From the NCBI GenBank assembly GCA_951406725.2, contig OX597818.1, positions 68,324,001-68,388,000 of the forward strand: a stretch of 64,000 bases of DNA, written 5' to 3'. Below the pieces are notes generated by a model, which saw only the letters and a program-made list of their open reading frames with translations, was not told the DNA's origin and searched no databases. The DNA is from Octopus vulgaris. Lineage: Eukaryota. The number at the start of each line of letters is the position of its first letter. The first letter of the stretch is position 1. The translations under genes and the position numbers were made by a program. Shown here piece after piece: positions 14,168 through 27,689 of this stretch.

Positions 14168-14565
14168 CTGAAAATGTTCAAAATGTTTAACAAATATTTT
14201 GAATATGTGATTCGTGTTTTACAGATTTGTAGCAAATCAGATTAAATATGTTATGAAATAAATATTTTAGAGTGAAATTTGTTTTTTTATCGTAATGGTT
14301 GATCTTAGATGACTGTGATATAGTTTAGTGGCAAAAGATTTTAATTTCCAAAATGTATTTATATCTTTTGAATTTTCTTTTGAATTTCGTCATCAAGATT
14401 TGCATTTCGGTTCAACATGCTGCCAAGATATTTGCAGGAAGATATGTTTTACAGACATTTATCATTCTATAGTATTACTGTAGATTACCCAGAGCAGGGC
14501 TAATAAAAATGGTATTTTTAACGCAAGGTTTAACATGTTATATACCAATGAAATTTAAGCCGTAC

Positions 14566-14630
14566 AAGTTTCAAGATATTTTTCGCCGTGTGCATCAATA
14601 TCGCAGTTATCAGCGCCCAAGTGATATCTT
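14566..14630 (-). CDS. Candidate exon, C-linker (module B4)
   Basis: tcttttag|...|gtacgg, phase 1->0, 'DITWALITAILMHTAKNILKL' (cf. CNG DYLW...EVLKNL). Confidence 0.5.
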
Positions 14631-14789
14631 CTAAAAGATTATGAACTGTGAGCTTTAAAATTAAGGTAAGTGAAATTGAAGAACTTGCCAGTTGTGCAGC
14701 AGTGAATATAAAAACGTACATAAAAAACCATATCGATTCACTGAAAAGCAAAAAATTGCAAAAAGATACGCAACATTGAATACGCTCAC

Positions 14790-14926
14790 TTATTTCAGCC
14801 CATTTTAAACAAGCGCCGATTGATGGAAAACTAGCTGAATGTTCTCCACCAAATACAATTTGCTCTATATCATCATCATGAAAATTATTGATCATATTTA
14901 GAATATTATCAGAACAACGAGCTGAT
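14790..14926 (-). CDS. Candidate exon, post-S6/C-linker A'-B' (module B4)
   Basis: atttctcag|...|gtgagc, phase 2->1, 'SARCSDNILNMINNFHDDDIEQIVFGGEHSASFPSIGACLKWAEI'; in ungapped register with the HCN C-linker at F/Y, H, W/Y and E positions. Confidence 0.6.
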
Positions 14927-15179
14927 CTGAGAAATGTTGATAATGTTTGATGGATTCATTGAATGAAAATAATGTAAAGCTAATGACGCAATGAGAGAAG
15001 TAGCGTGCAAGTGTTAAGTTGAAAACGTCAGGGTATTGGGTCCTCGGGTGTTTGGGAGAAATTTGATATTTTATGTATCCTTTTTTTTTTCGGGGACAGC
15101 CTGATGTATTGCTGAGCAGTCAGCGGCGTTGGAGAGCATAAAGATTAATTATGTAGTTGAGGAAAAGCTGACATGGGGG

Positions 15180-15950
15180 ACTGGAGGCTATCTGAATATT
15201 GGAAAAGGGTTAACTGTTTCATGATGCTCACAACGGGTATCGAAATACCGACACCATGACCGCTGCCCAATGCTCTTTGAACTCTACAAAATGCTGTAAG
15301 ACATGACATGGACAGCTGCAACAGAGACTACGATGCCATGGCCAGAAGAAAGGTGCACAACAGGCGCCCACGTGCCGCAATTCTTATCTATATCTTTGAA
15401 TTGGGCTTTAAGCTCAATTCATATGGTTATGTGAAGCTGTTGGAAACTGTGGTACAACCCTGTCTGGAGAGGATTACTGGTGGAAGCCATGCCTTTGGAA
15501 AGAGTCAAAAGTGGTTGTCGGAGAAATTCTACGTCATATGCACGGCAGCAGTATTTGGCCCCTGAAAGAGTAAGTAGTTTTCTACGACTTCAGTCGCCCC
15601 AATTTCTGGCCCCCTTCCCCATCTCCCTGATTATAATCCCGTGGATTACTATGTGTTGGGCGTGATTGAGAAAGACACCAAACTGTAACACCAAAGCCGT
15701 GCCACTGGACAAGGTCAAAGTGCTGTTCCAAGATATTCCAAGACACACAATGAGGAATACATGCGCCAAGTTCCGGGGCCATCTTAAGAACATGGAGAAG
15801 CTGAGGACTGCTACTTTGAGGAAACACTTATCTTCAGCCATACGCTTCTTGTTATTTAAAAAAATGTTCACATCAATTTTTTTAATGCGATATTGCGCTT
15901 CCTTTCTCATTCACTGAGTTTTGAAAGTTACTGAATCTGGATCACGTATC
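15180..15950 (+). mobile_element. Tc1/maT (DD37D-like) transposase relic
   Basis: 'YVKLLETVVQP', 'SQKWLSEKF', 'NFWP..PDYNPVDYYV' (cf. WPPxSPDLNPxDYYVW). Confidence 0.75.
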
Positions 15951-16090
15951 ATGTTGACGATACTCTTTGATATCTCAACTAGTAAAGTAAGAATTAGGAG
16001 TCAAAAGTGTCTCCCAAATGGGAGGTCATACATATAAATTTTAAAACAAGGCTTCGGCGCTACTTTTTACACACCCAGTACATACATACA

Positions 16091-16350
16091 TTGTTGGCAT
16101 CCTTTCTGTCTCGGGAGACAATGGAGTTGCACATTAAGTAGTCTAGTCCGGCTTTTATATTTCATGTCCTGATACATTTCCTGCTGTGGCTGTGTAGTCC
16201 TATCCTGGACAAACACTCCCTCTGGCAGGTACCGCAAATGTAGCGTAGACTGTTCCTGGCTGGTCGTAATGCCATAGTCTCTTGTTGACGTCTCTTCTTT
16301 TTTTCCCATTTCTCCTCTATCTCTCTGTCACTCCTTTGTATTCCCTCTTT
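16091..16350 (-). mobile_element. RTE LINE 3' fragment
   Basis: 'YICGTCQRECLSRIGLHSHSR' CCHH tail + 3'UTR, near-identical to 34556-34800. Confidence 0.9.
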
Positions 16351-16559
16351 TACATACATACATAGGTAACTACATACATACAGACACACACACGCACACA
16401 CACACATATATCAGTGGCGACTCCGGCACTGAGGCTGTTCGGGCTTAGCCTGAGTATAAATTTACTAATGTGAACGTGTATTTGCAATGCTACGGCCAGT
16501 GGTAAACCCTTTATTAAGGAGTTAGAGAGGACTGTGAAAAGACCGAAGAGCAGGTCTAA

Positions 16560-17100
16560 GGGGTTAATTTCCACAGCACAAGTCTGGGTGATGGAAGTCC
16601 ATCAAAAGAGTCAGCTGCAATTTCCAGTTCACACATCACACTTGCTGTTATGATCTTGGCTTGCCAAATAACAAAGTATTTAGTCATTTTGGCACTAACT
16701 ATGGCCCGAGAGAAATGTATAGAGGAAGCTCAACAGATGAAGAATACCAAGTACGAGGAGTTGGTGAAGGACTGCCACACGAAAGGGTGGAAAATAGGTT
16801 TTTGCCAATAGAGATTAACAGTCGAGAATTTGCAGGTTGTATTCGGTGCAAAGCCTATGAAACTCTGCATCTTGCAAAAGAAGTGCCATGAGGAATTAAT
16901 GAATACAGAGAGTGCTTTAATAGCGCCTAGGTGGCTCTCGGCGAACTGTTAAGGACTGATTGGTAGGGGTTAGAAGAATAGCCCTTGGATACAGGCTTCA
17001 GATTTATCACTCTTGATTGGGTCACCTGGATGGGGATGTATACTATAAGAACCAAAACGCAAAGTGATTTTAGGATATCACAGTGAAGATGTATCCAAGC
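16560..17100 (+). mobile_element. RLE-type non-LTR retrotransposon 3' relic (HERO-like)
   Basis: 'KYEELVKDCHTKGW' and 'PIEINSREFAG..AYETL' (cf. KYxxLxxxCxxxGW...PIEVGCRGFAG). Confidence 0.7.
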
Positions 17101-17326
17101 ATTGCTTCTGTAGATGTGTGTTGAAGGTACATGTTAGTGTACAGGGTGTGTATGTATCCATGGATGCAGGGCTGCGTGTGTGTATGTGTATGTATGCTTT
17201 ATTAAGTTTGAGTTGTCTGGAACCCGAAAATATAGCGTGAGTGAATAACCCGAACTTTACAGTATTAAGTTCCCTCGTAGGCAAATCTGTAGTTTTCCTT
17301 TATTTCTAGCTTTAGCACACATACAT

Positions 17327-17363
<37 letters not shown>

Positions 17364-17384
17364 ATCATATACATATATGTTTCT

Positions 17385-17610
17385 TTACTACTCACTAAAG
17401 GGGCTAAACATAGAGGGGACAAACAAAGACAGACAAACGGATTAAGTAGATTACATTGACCCCAGTGCGTAACTGGTACTAAATTTTCGACCCCGAAAAG
17501 ATGAAAGGCAAAGTCGACCTCGGCGGAATTTGAACTCAGAACGTAGCGACGGGCGAAATACCGCGAAACACTTCGCCCGGCGTGCTAACGTCTCTGCCAG
17601 CTAGCCGCCT
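17385..17610 (-). mobile_element. SINE family 1
   Basis: Reverse complement of 1419-1645. Confidence 0.88.
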
Positions 17611-18530
17611 TATACATCATACAATCATATACATATATCTGTGTTTATGTCGATGTATTCTACAAAGATCGAGTTTCCAATGACACAACACAACTAAAAG
17701 GATAACAAGTACCCTTTGTATAGTCATGTGGTCGCGATTTCTTTGGAAAGAATAAAAGTTAATTGAATTCTTCCTAGAATATTCGTTTCTTATTTTATTG
17801 AGCAGTGAAGTGTGAAAAGCACGTGGTTCAAGTAGGATTTGAACTCAAAACACGAAAGTCTGTAACTGAATGCTGCAAGAGTTTCTACCAGTTGATATAA
17901 ACCAATGTGAGATAAACTGCGAAAGTAGATAACGCGCTGCAGGAACAAAAACCTCGAACCGACGACCTTCTGATCGTAGTCCAACGTCTTCACCTGTAGG
18001 CAATCTGCTTTCAGAAAAAAGTGGACACAATCACCAACAGGAATGGAACCACTTACTGTCGGTTACTGCTCTGATGCAGTAACTACAACACAAATGCAAC
18101 CTACAAAGCTCGTGCAAAATCATAAGATGCAACAAAGCATACCAGCTAATTTACCCTTACAACTTAAATGCCATACACAAAATACGTCTTAAATTATGGT
18201 TCGATGTGCTGTCTTGTTGTGCTAGATATAGACCCTTAATTCATCCCTTTCAGTTTCTATCTGTCATCGTACATTAAGGCTACATTGGATCATGTAGTCC
18301 TCGATGTACCATGTACAAAAGAAAATTTAGGGTATTCATTATGGAAATGTATGCTTGACTACGGTTGATCCAAGTCTAATGAACTACAACTTCAAACTCA
18401 CTAAAATAACTCCAGTTTCTTTTCTGCAAACATCAGTTTATATTCTAGCAACCTATTTACAAAGATCACATAGCATATAATCTCGAACTCTCCTCCTTCT
18501 GACGGATCGTAATCATACAGATACACTCAC

Positions 18531-18595
18531 AGTTCAATGAACAGTGCAAAAATATATTCACAAACTTCGCAAATATTCGATGTAAGCCCTTCCAG
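18531..18595 (-). CDS. Candidate exon, S6 helix (module B4)
   Basis: tctctag|...|gtgagt, phase 0->2, 'LEGLTSNICEVCEYIFALFIE' vs HCN S6 '[21 protein letters not shown]'. Confidence 0.6.
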
Positions 18596-19194
18596 CTAGA
18601 GACGTAATTACAATTTGCAGAATTCAACAATCGCACAATCATTACATAAATATTGAAATACATATATTTAACAAAATATTTATGAAAACATACAAAAATC
18701 ACGTTTCCTACTTAACAATCAAAAAAGTAATCTATAAGATGTAATCCTAACTATAGAACTGAAATAACCAATTTCATAAGAAAAACTTAAAAAAAACAAA
18801 ACAAGATATTTCGTAACACCTCCGCTTAAACAACATGGCAACTGACTCATTACAGACTTTCCAGAAAATAATCAATGAGCAACAATAACAATAGTATCTA
18901 ATAAAGGGACGAACCCAGCAGTTTTGAGGGGAGGGGGGCTTAGTCGTCATTATCTGTCTGAGTACTTGACAGGTACTTTATTTTATTGACCTCGAAAATA
19001 TGGAAGTCAAAACTGACCACGGTGGGATTGAACGCAGAACGCAAAAAGTCCAGAACAGTTCTTGTTTGAGGTTCTAATGATTCCATCAATTTATCATCAA
19101 GGCCAATATAAATGTTAATAATAATAATAACAATAATAATAATAATAATGATGATGATAATATACTACTACTACTACTAATAATAATAATAATC

Positions 19195-19417
19195 TTTTCT
19201 ACTCTAGGCACAAGGTCCGAAATTTTGGGCTGCGTCCAGTCGATTTGATCGACATCAGTACGCAACTGGTACTTTGGTACTTTGGTACTTAATTTATCGA
19301 CCCCGAAAGCAAGAAAGGCAAAGTCGACCAGGCGAAATTTGAACTCAGAACGTAAAGACAGACGAAATGCAGAAAGCATTTCACCTGGTGTGCTACTGTT
19401 TCTGCCAGCTCACCGCC
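19195..19417 (-). mobile_element. SINE family 1
   Basis: Core and head in reverse complement; flanked by (AAT)n. Confidence 0.85.
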
Positions 19418-19425
19418 TTTATTAT

Positions 19426-19493
<68 letters not shown>

Positions 19494-19499
19494 TGATAA

Positions 19500-20012
19500 T
19501 GGAAGTGTTATCATGTACATTGTTTTGTCTTGATATAAAAGATGGGCTAACAGCAAATATTCTGCTCAATATCACAGATTTGCTTGTCAGTTGTTTGACC
19601 TTAACTAGTTGAACATGTCCCTTAGTGGCTGACGATATGTGCATCTCTGATCACGAGCAGAAGAAGTGAGGAAGCATCATAACCATGTGTTGAGAGGTAT
19701 TTTTGGGTTTTGAATAATTCATCTTTGGAAACATGGGTATTTCGTTCATCATCTTTAGACAGACCTTATTCAGGGACCTTTTGAGCGGTATGGGCTTCTC
19801 AAACTGAAAGAAATTGTAACTGAGCCCCATCTTCAAGATCATGCGCTGCTTATCTTGATATGAGATCACCATGTCGCGCACATATGGTTGTGCTGCATGT
19901 ACCCTGGTGTACCTTTATCAGGCGGGTAGCCATAATGTGTATATTGAGCTTCGTATATTTGTACCCCAGTGTCACTTTGATGGCATGCACTGCTTTCTCA
20001 TTCATTAATAAT
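19500..20012 (+). mobile_element. Repeat family 4 (ends ...ctctcactca-(ATA)n; likely 3' portion or derivative of an R4/Dong-type element)
   Basis: Homologous copies at 25330-25717 (+) and 29909-30335 (-); all end in TAA repeats. Confidence 0.75.
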
Positions 20013-20666
20013 AATATCCTTTATATGCCACAAAACAATCAGATGAAGGGGAATATTACAAGGGCAGATTACAGTTTGTGGGGGAGATACATAATGGATA
20101 AGAAGAAAGAAGCAAGGAAAATGAGAGAAAAACGTTTTCCATATAAAAACATGTGAACACGCGAAGAAGGCAGTCTTCCTCGAAAGGAATCACGCCAAAC
20201 TCAAGGATAACCTCGACTACCAACGGTACAAAACTTCACCCATCTGCTGCTCTCCAATCTACAGGCCTGTTAATTGATTAATTAGATGCGCAGGAAGTAG
20301 CGTTGAATGAAATATAGGTAATTACAATCATATTTAGATATACGCGTACACTCAGAAATGGAAACCGCCTCTAATTAATTCCGGCTGTGCAAAGATTTGC
20401 CTACCTCAGCTAATGTACCATTTGCTGTACTAATACATGCACAGTGAGTTCATAATGGCTACCAACGACGAATTTGTATCGGCAACTGACGACGCGCAAC
20501 GATGCAGAAACACAGGTGTCCGACCGTCTGATGATGTCATTATTAGTCCTGTGCTGTATTTTTCATGCTTATTGTCAATAAGGAGAATTTTTGTTTTCTC
20601 AAGAAAATTTCAGATGTGTATGTCTCTCTATGCCTGAGTGTACATCAACATGTTAAATATGATTGT

Positions 20667-20724
<58 letters not shown>

Positions 20725-20759
20725 AATTGGGTCACCTTTCATTTTGAACAAATATATTT

Positions 20760-21400
20760 AGCCGAGTCGACAGAAGAAATGGTGAGAGATAATCTTACTG
20801 GCGTAGTTTAAAGCATTTACGTGATTTCGTTCAAAAGATATTTACTATACACTTTTTATAACAATAAAAATTTAATAATTCGTCGAGAATTTCAAAAAAA
20901 AACAAAAAAAAACGTAATAGGATAAAACTTAAAATTATTATTATTCCTTTATTCTCTGAAATATTTTTATTCTAAAAGTGGTGTGTGTATGCTAAAATAC
21001 AAAAAATATATATAGCCAAAATGAAATGAAATAAAATTTACTGATTCAGACATATATAGAGAAGAATCGATTTTCTTAAATTAGCACCAAGCAAATTACT
21101 GTTTTTAAAGACATGCGTGAAATATATTCTGAGTCTATAACTTTAAAATCGATATTGAACAATGCAGTAATTGATTTGATATGAATTCCAATGATTTGGT
21201 GTTTCGGGCATGATTTCCAAAGAAATATTATAAAAAAAGAAAAAGAAAAATCTATTCGACCAACTGTTGATATACGAAACTAATCACAAAAGCAATGGCT
21301 TCATCAAGTACCATTCCAAGCGGATGCCATAAACAGAATTACCAAACCAAACAAACTTTGGCTGCAGCAAACATTTACAGAAAATTATGGCATTTAAATA
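20760..21400 (-). pseudogene. CNBD-channel module B4, S5 and pore fragments
   Basis: S5-like '[17 protein letters not shown]' (~21310-21360); pore-helix-like 'SFERNHVNALNYASKIISH' (20780-20840). Confidence 0.5.
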
Positions 21401-21490
21401 AATACAAATTTACTAAAGATCAGGACGGTTTTGTGTGTGTGCATGTGTGTGCGCGTAAGTTTCGATATGTATATGCATGTACGTGTTTTA

Positions 21491-21612
<122 letters not shown>

Positions 21613-21749
21613 CATTCTTACAGACACGCACGCACATGCACGCACATGTGCATATATATATATAAAACACCGTTAACTGTTTCCTATATCTAATCATATA
21701 CTAAGTACCTACTAGTTGTACTGTTGAAAATTCCGTGGTTATTTTGAGA

Positions 21750-22780
21750 AGAGCTAAATATCTGGAAATATATAATTTTGCCTTCTGGAATTGCATTCTT
21801 TTTTCTAAAGCCTGTTATGGCTGAGAGGATGTATAAAACCACAAAGCGGGTACTGAAGATGCAGTATGAAGACAGGTCATCTTTGAAAACTATATTCTTT
21901 ATTATAAACTTGTCTCTTCTACCTCTTAGATAAAAGTAAACAATCGTAACTGTGGAACAAAATCAAAGACAAACTAATAGAAATGTCTTCTACAATGGTA
22001 CGTCGACGTTGGTAATGCTTTACCGACTTTTAAATCTTAAGAATCTATAGTAATGATAATGTAATCCAGTGGATGTATATAATCAGAAAGTTTCGATCAT
22101 CCAGGATCCCGATTGTCCCAGGATTTGAAACAGGAAATTAAGAGAAGCGACGTAAGTAGAATCAGCTGTGAGTGCGTTTGTGTGGGGACGTATGTATTAT
22201 GTTTATATGTGTGTGTGAGTGTAGAAAAAAAAACGAGCAAAAATAACTCAGAGTGGCCAGTAGCATGTCTGACGAAAAACGAATAAGGATATAATATATG
22301 TGCAAAATGAGTTGTTAATAATTGAGATTATTACCAGTTCAAAGGAGGATTAAACAAGTAATTAGTTTCAACTAGGACCAACTCTAAAGAATAGAGGAGA
22401 TAATCTCAAAAATCAAAAATTTTCCAAAACTGAAATATCTGAAAAAGACAGTCACGTTGTCCAGGACATTCGAGAAAAAAAAGAGAAATAACTACGACTG
22501 CGTGTTTCTGGTTCAACTGGTGTCATCAGCACAGCGGTCGTCCCGGCTTATCTGCAGCGGATGGGAACACTTAGGCATTTACGGAAACGAGTGAAACACA
22601 TTACGGCCTTGGCAATTTGAATAAATAAAACATAAATGATATAAGAGAAAATATCTCAGAGAAACTAGTAATTTATATATGAAGAGAGACGAATAAGGCT
22701 AGATTTATTGTCAAATAAGACAAGTACTGGATTTATTGAGATTATCTCTGCTTCGAAGGGTGTAGAACAATCGTAGGGAG
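21750..22780 (-). pseudogene. CNBD-channel module B3 (S1 to C-linker), decayed
   Basis: In order: 'IVLHP' (pre-S1); 'SYIIYVLFI..FTRFR' (S2); 'YFSFGKFLIFEIISSI(fs)LELVL' (S3); '..TLTH' (S5); 'DSTYVASLNFLFQILGQSG' (pore helix, cf. KCNH YVTALYFTFSSLTSVG); 'TIVYFYLRG' (S6); 'LSAITGFRKKNAIPE' (C-linker). Confidence 0.65.
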
Positions 22781-23039
22781 ATAATTGAAACTAGTGGAAA
22801 ATGAAAAAGGAATTTCTTGATTCTTGAAATAGTCTCCACATCTTATTTTGGAGTTAGTCCCATATGCTTCCAAGTGATTGCTTTGTGTTCTCAGGACTGA
22901 AATTATTTCAATAATTCAAAAATACATATTGCATGGTATTTGATACACCCATTTTGTCTTTGTTGAACCATATAAACACATACATATATATACACACACA
23001 CACATACATACATATAACTAAGTAGATACATATAACGCA

Positions 23040-24500
<1,461 letters not shown>

Positions 24501-24919
24501 GTAGCAACTCAACGATGAAACAGCAACGAAACAATAAATTAATATATTTTAGGAAAAAGTGCAAACCGAAACGTAAAGCATATTTCAATTAGCACATAAG
24601 CCTGAATATATTACCATATTTAAAAGAAATCACAGAGTAGACGCTTCGGAAGCATAGGGAATTGCTTTTAAAAGCAGAAATCCTTTATTCTCTGCTTTGT
24701 CTCATATTCAGTTAAATACTCTTCTCTCTCTTAAAAATACCTTTTTATTTTCCAAAAGTAAAAATATTACTTTGAGAAAATATTAAGCAATCACTGTCTT
24801 AAAAAAATACATAAGCGAGGTGAAACACACAAACAAATAGTTCTGTGTCCTGCCTTTGAAATGACATAAACAACATTTCGATTTAAGTTTAATCCCAAGT
24901 GATTCTTCCAGCAATAGGC

Positions 24920-25205
24920 TAAAAACTGCATTGAAGAACAGACTTTAAGCTTTGGTAAACTGATAACAGCATAAACCGGTTAGTAAAATGCAATTTTACT
25001 TCTACCGTAAAACTTGTTTACTTAAACATGCACTAATATTTTTCAGCGAGGATAGTATTTTTCCTCCACGTTAGTTTTCATTTATTCATATGAAAACTTT
25101 TCAAGAAAATGTAATATTCTTTCTGTGCAAAACTCACTTTGTGAAAATATGTACACAATTTTTGAAGTAAAACTTTTATTTGACGACATAACTTTGAACG
25201 TTGAT
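24920..25205 (-). pseudogene. CNBD fragment (module B1; transmembrane part not found)
   Basis: 'LLQKLCTYFHKVSFAQKEYYI' (cf. FLRxLxxxxxxxxFxPGDYI) and 'FTVEVK..FMLLSVYQSLKSVL'. Confidence 0.4.
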
Positions 25206-25326
<121 letters not shown>

Positions 25327-25329
25327 TAT

Positions 25330-25717
25330 ACTAGTGGCTGGCGATATGTGCATCTCTGATCATGAGCAGAAGTAGTAGGGGAACATCATAGCCGCGTGTT
25401 GAGTGGAATTCTTTGGGGTTTGGATAATTCACCTTTGGAAACATGGGTGGTTCGTTCAGCATCCTTAAACAAACCTTATTCAGGGACCTTTTGAGCTGGA
25501 TGGGCTACTCGACCAGAAGAAAATTCTAACTGGGTCCCACCTGCAAGGTCATGCGCTGTTTATCTTGATAAGAGATGACTATGTCGCGCACATATGGTTG
25601 TGATGCATGTGCATGGTGTACCCTTATCAGACGGGTAGTCATGATGGGTATACTGGGCTTCGTATATTTTAGCCCAGTGTCACTTTGATGGCATGCACTG
25701 CTCTCTCACTCACTCAA
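25330..25717 (+). mobile_element. Repeat family 4
   Basis: Homologous to 19500-20012; followed by (AAT)n. Confidence 0.8.
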
Positions 25718-25727
25718 TAATAACAAC

Positions 25728-25786
<59 letters not shown>

Positions 25787-25787
<1 letters not shown>

Positions 25788-26229
25788 CCCTGTGATCATA
25801 ATATCTCAGCGAAAGAGTTTGACAAGCTCAGAAAATATAAAGACCTACTCATTGAAATTGAGAAAATGTGGCATCTCAAGGCGGTTACAATACCAGTGAT
25901 CGTAGGAGCACTAGGAATGATCAAGAAGGGAACCGAAAATTATATGAGAATGATCCCTGGCTTACCATCCCTGCAAGAAGTGCAAAAGATTGTCTTAACT
26001 GGTACATCACACGTATTGAGAAGAGCATTGTCGATGTGAGAACTGTTGCTGCTCATGTATTTTAATTTAACTTAAAAAAAAAAAAAATGAACGAACTATT
26101 GAGTTTGGTTTAATGGCCTACCAATGTATACTATGAGTTTCTTTGCCCTAGGAGTCGGGAAGACACTCGGCAAGAAATGGAAGCAAATTTGAAAGAAGAA
26201 AAAAAAAAAAAATAATAATAATAATAACA
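25787..26229 (+). mobile_element. 3' fragment of R4/Dong-clade element (RLE + 3'UTR)
   Basis: Open frame 'PCDHNISAKEFDKLRKYKDLLIEIEKMWHLKAVTIPVIVGALGMIKKG...VQKIVLTGTSHVLRRALSM*'; lies between (AAT)n tracts. Confidence 0.88.
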
Positions 26230-26257
26230 TCGAAAAATACCTTAGGAATAAGAACCC

Positions 26258-26390
26258 AGGTTCGAAATTTCCCCAAGACACCTGATGAAGTCTGGAGGGT
26301 ATATCAGTCAAAACGTTGTGTTAACAACAAACAAGATGAAGACAAATATCTGTCAAATGTAAATAATGTACATAATTCCTCATCTCTTAA
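26258..26390 (+). mobile_element. Penelope-type terminal repeat with degenerate minimal hammerhead
   Basis: GACAC-CTGATGA-a-GTCTG-loop-CAGTC-AAAA-CG-TT-GTGTT. Confidence 0.6.
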
Positions 26391-26399
26391 TTATACAAC

Positions 26400-27660
26400 T
26401 GCATTGTCGAAAAAGAAGGTAAAGAAAGTTACTTTGAAATGAAAACACAACTTACAAGAACTGATCTTCGCGATTAAGCATTCGAAGAAACAAATTTGCG
26501 TCGCATAAAACTGATTAACAGCAACAAGAGCCACAAAAACGAATGTGATATTGACAAATGTGTTACGAGAAACTGCTTTCCTCTTATTACAGGCGAAAAG
26601 AACGATTTTAGGCATGGATCAAAGTCAATTAGAGAAAGAAATATTGCAGCCATTTGTCACGAAGGAGTGAGCTTACTTAGTAAAGAAATTTTACAAGAAT
26701 GCATGTAGTAGAAGGCCGGAGGGGATTTCCACATCACACAGAAATGTAATAAGAGGAAGCATTAAACAGTATAGTATGTTGTATTGATAAGCACGATGAG
26801 GTATAAAAGCTTTTGCGCCTGGTTTTGTAAAATAAAAAGCAGGAAAGAAAACAAGCAAAGGAAGTTCAGAACGCTGCTATTCATAGAACAATGCACGAGC
26901 GAATGGGTTGAAGAAACACGAGGAGGAGTTTGACAAAGAGTCATTCTTGACTTATTGACTCCTGTTAACATTGTACACCGCCCGGGTATGTTGCGAGTGG
27001 AAACTTAATACGGAATATGTTATCAGAATTGAGCAAGAAACGATCCCCGAAGACCGAAAGACTAACCTGGATCTCTACAAGAATGGGAATACAGAGCAAA
27101 TTAGAAGATTGCTGGTTCAGGGCAGAAAACAGCCGTTGTACCTGTAGTGGTAATAAAGAACCACTTAGAAACTTTTTCCCAGACAAGGTGAAGAGAGTCA
27201 AGGCAGCAACAACAACAACAGGATCCAGAATATGCTGCTTCTGGGCATTACCAGTTTCATTCCTTTTTGCAACTCTGAGGAGAGCCAAAATTAGCTCCCA
27301 CGTTCTCAGGATCCGAAGCTAATGATCAGGAGCCCCCTTCTCGATTAGAACCTGGAGTACGTATCCAATGACTGACAATGATGGATGGATTGTTGTCAAT
27401 GAACAGGGCTAGCAAATAGTCAAAGACAGCGAGTAAAAAGAAAAAAAAGACTCTCAAGAAAAGAAAATGTATCTAAAACAAAAAGAAAAAAATGTGGCAA
27501 TTTATAAAGTTCACAAAAATTCAAATAAACGATTAGCTGTTGAACGATTTAAACGAACAGCAACAACAATTAAAAAGGAAATAAATATAGATCAGATTAT
27601 CGATTGGTGCGATCGACAATGTGGAACATACAAGAGATGTGGCTTCTATTGAAAACTACT
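26400..27660 (-). pseudogene. CNBD-channel module D4 (S3 to CNBD), decayed
   Basis: S3 'STLSIAPIDNLIY'; S4 'AVRLNR..NRLFE/ELYKLPHFF'; S5 'LRVFFFFLLAVF'; S6 'VVVAALTLFTLSGKKFLSG'; C-linker 'LFVKL'; CNBD end 'TFVNITFVFVALVAVNQF' vs HCN 'SVRADTYCRLYSLSVDNF'. Confidence 0.55.
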
Positions 27661-27689
27661 TGACACATTAGCAACGAGAGAGCTGACTC

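Noticed and set aside
14566-14926. Arginase/agmatinase-like motifs 'VFGGEHS' and a nearby 'IDAHG'
   Set aside because: DAHG is in a frame incompatible with the splice phases, no DxDxxD motif follows, and the neighbouring exons fit an S6/C-linker/CNBD alignment much better.
26760-27290. First read as S1-S5 of a new module ('HILDP', 'GDRFLL..')
   Set aside because: S3/S4 motifs immediately upstream (27.45-27.65 kb) make a pore/S6/C-linker/CNBD reading more coherent. This shows that single-fragment assignments here are ambiguous.
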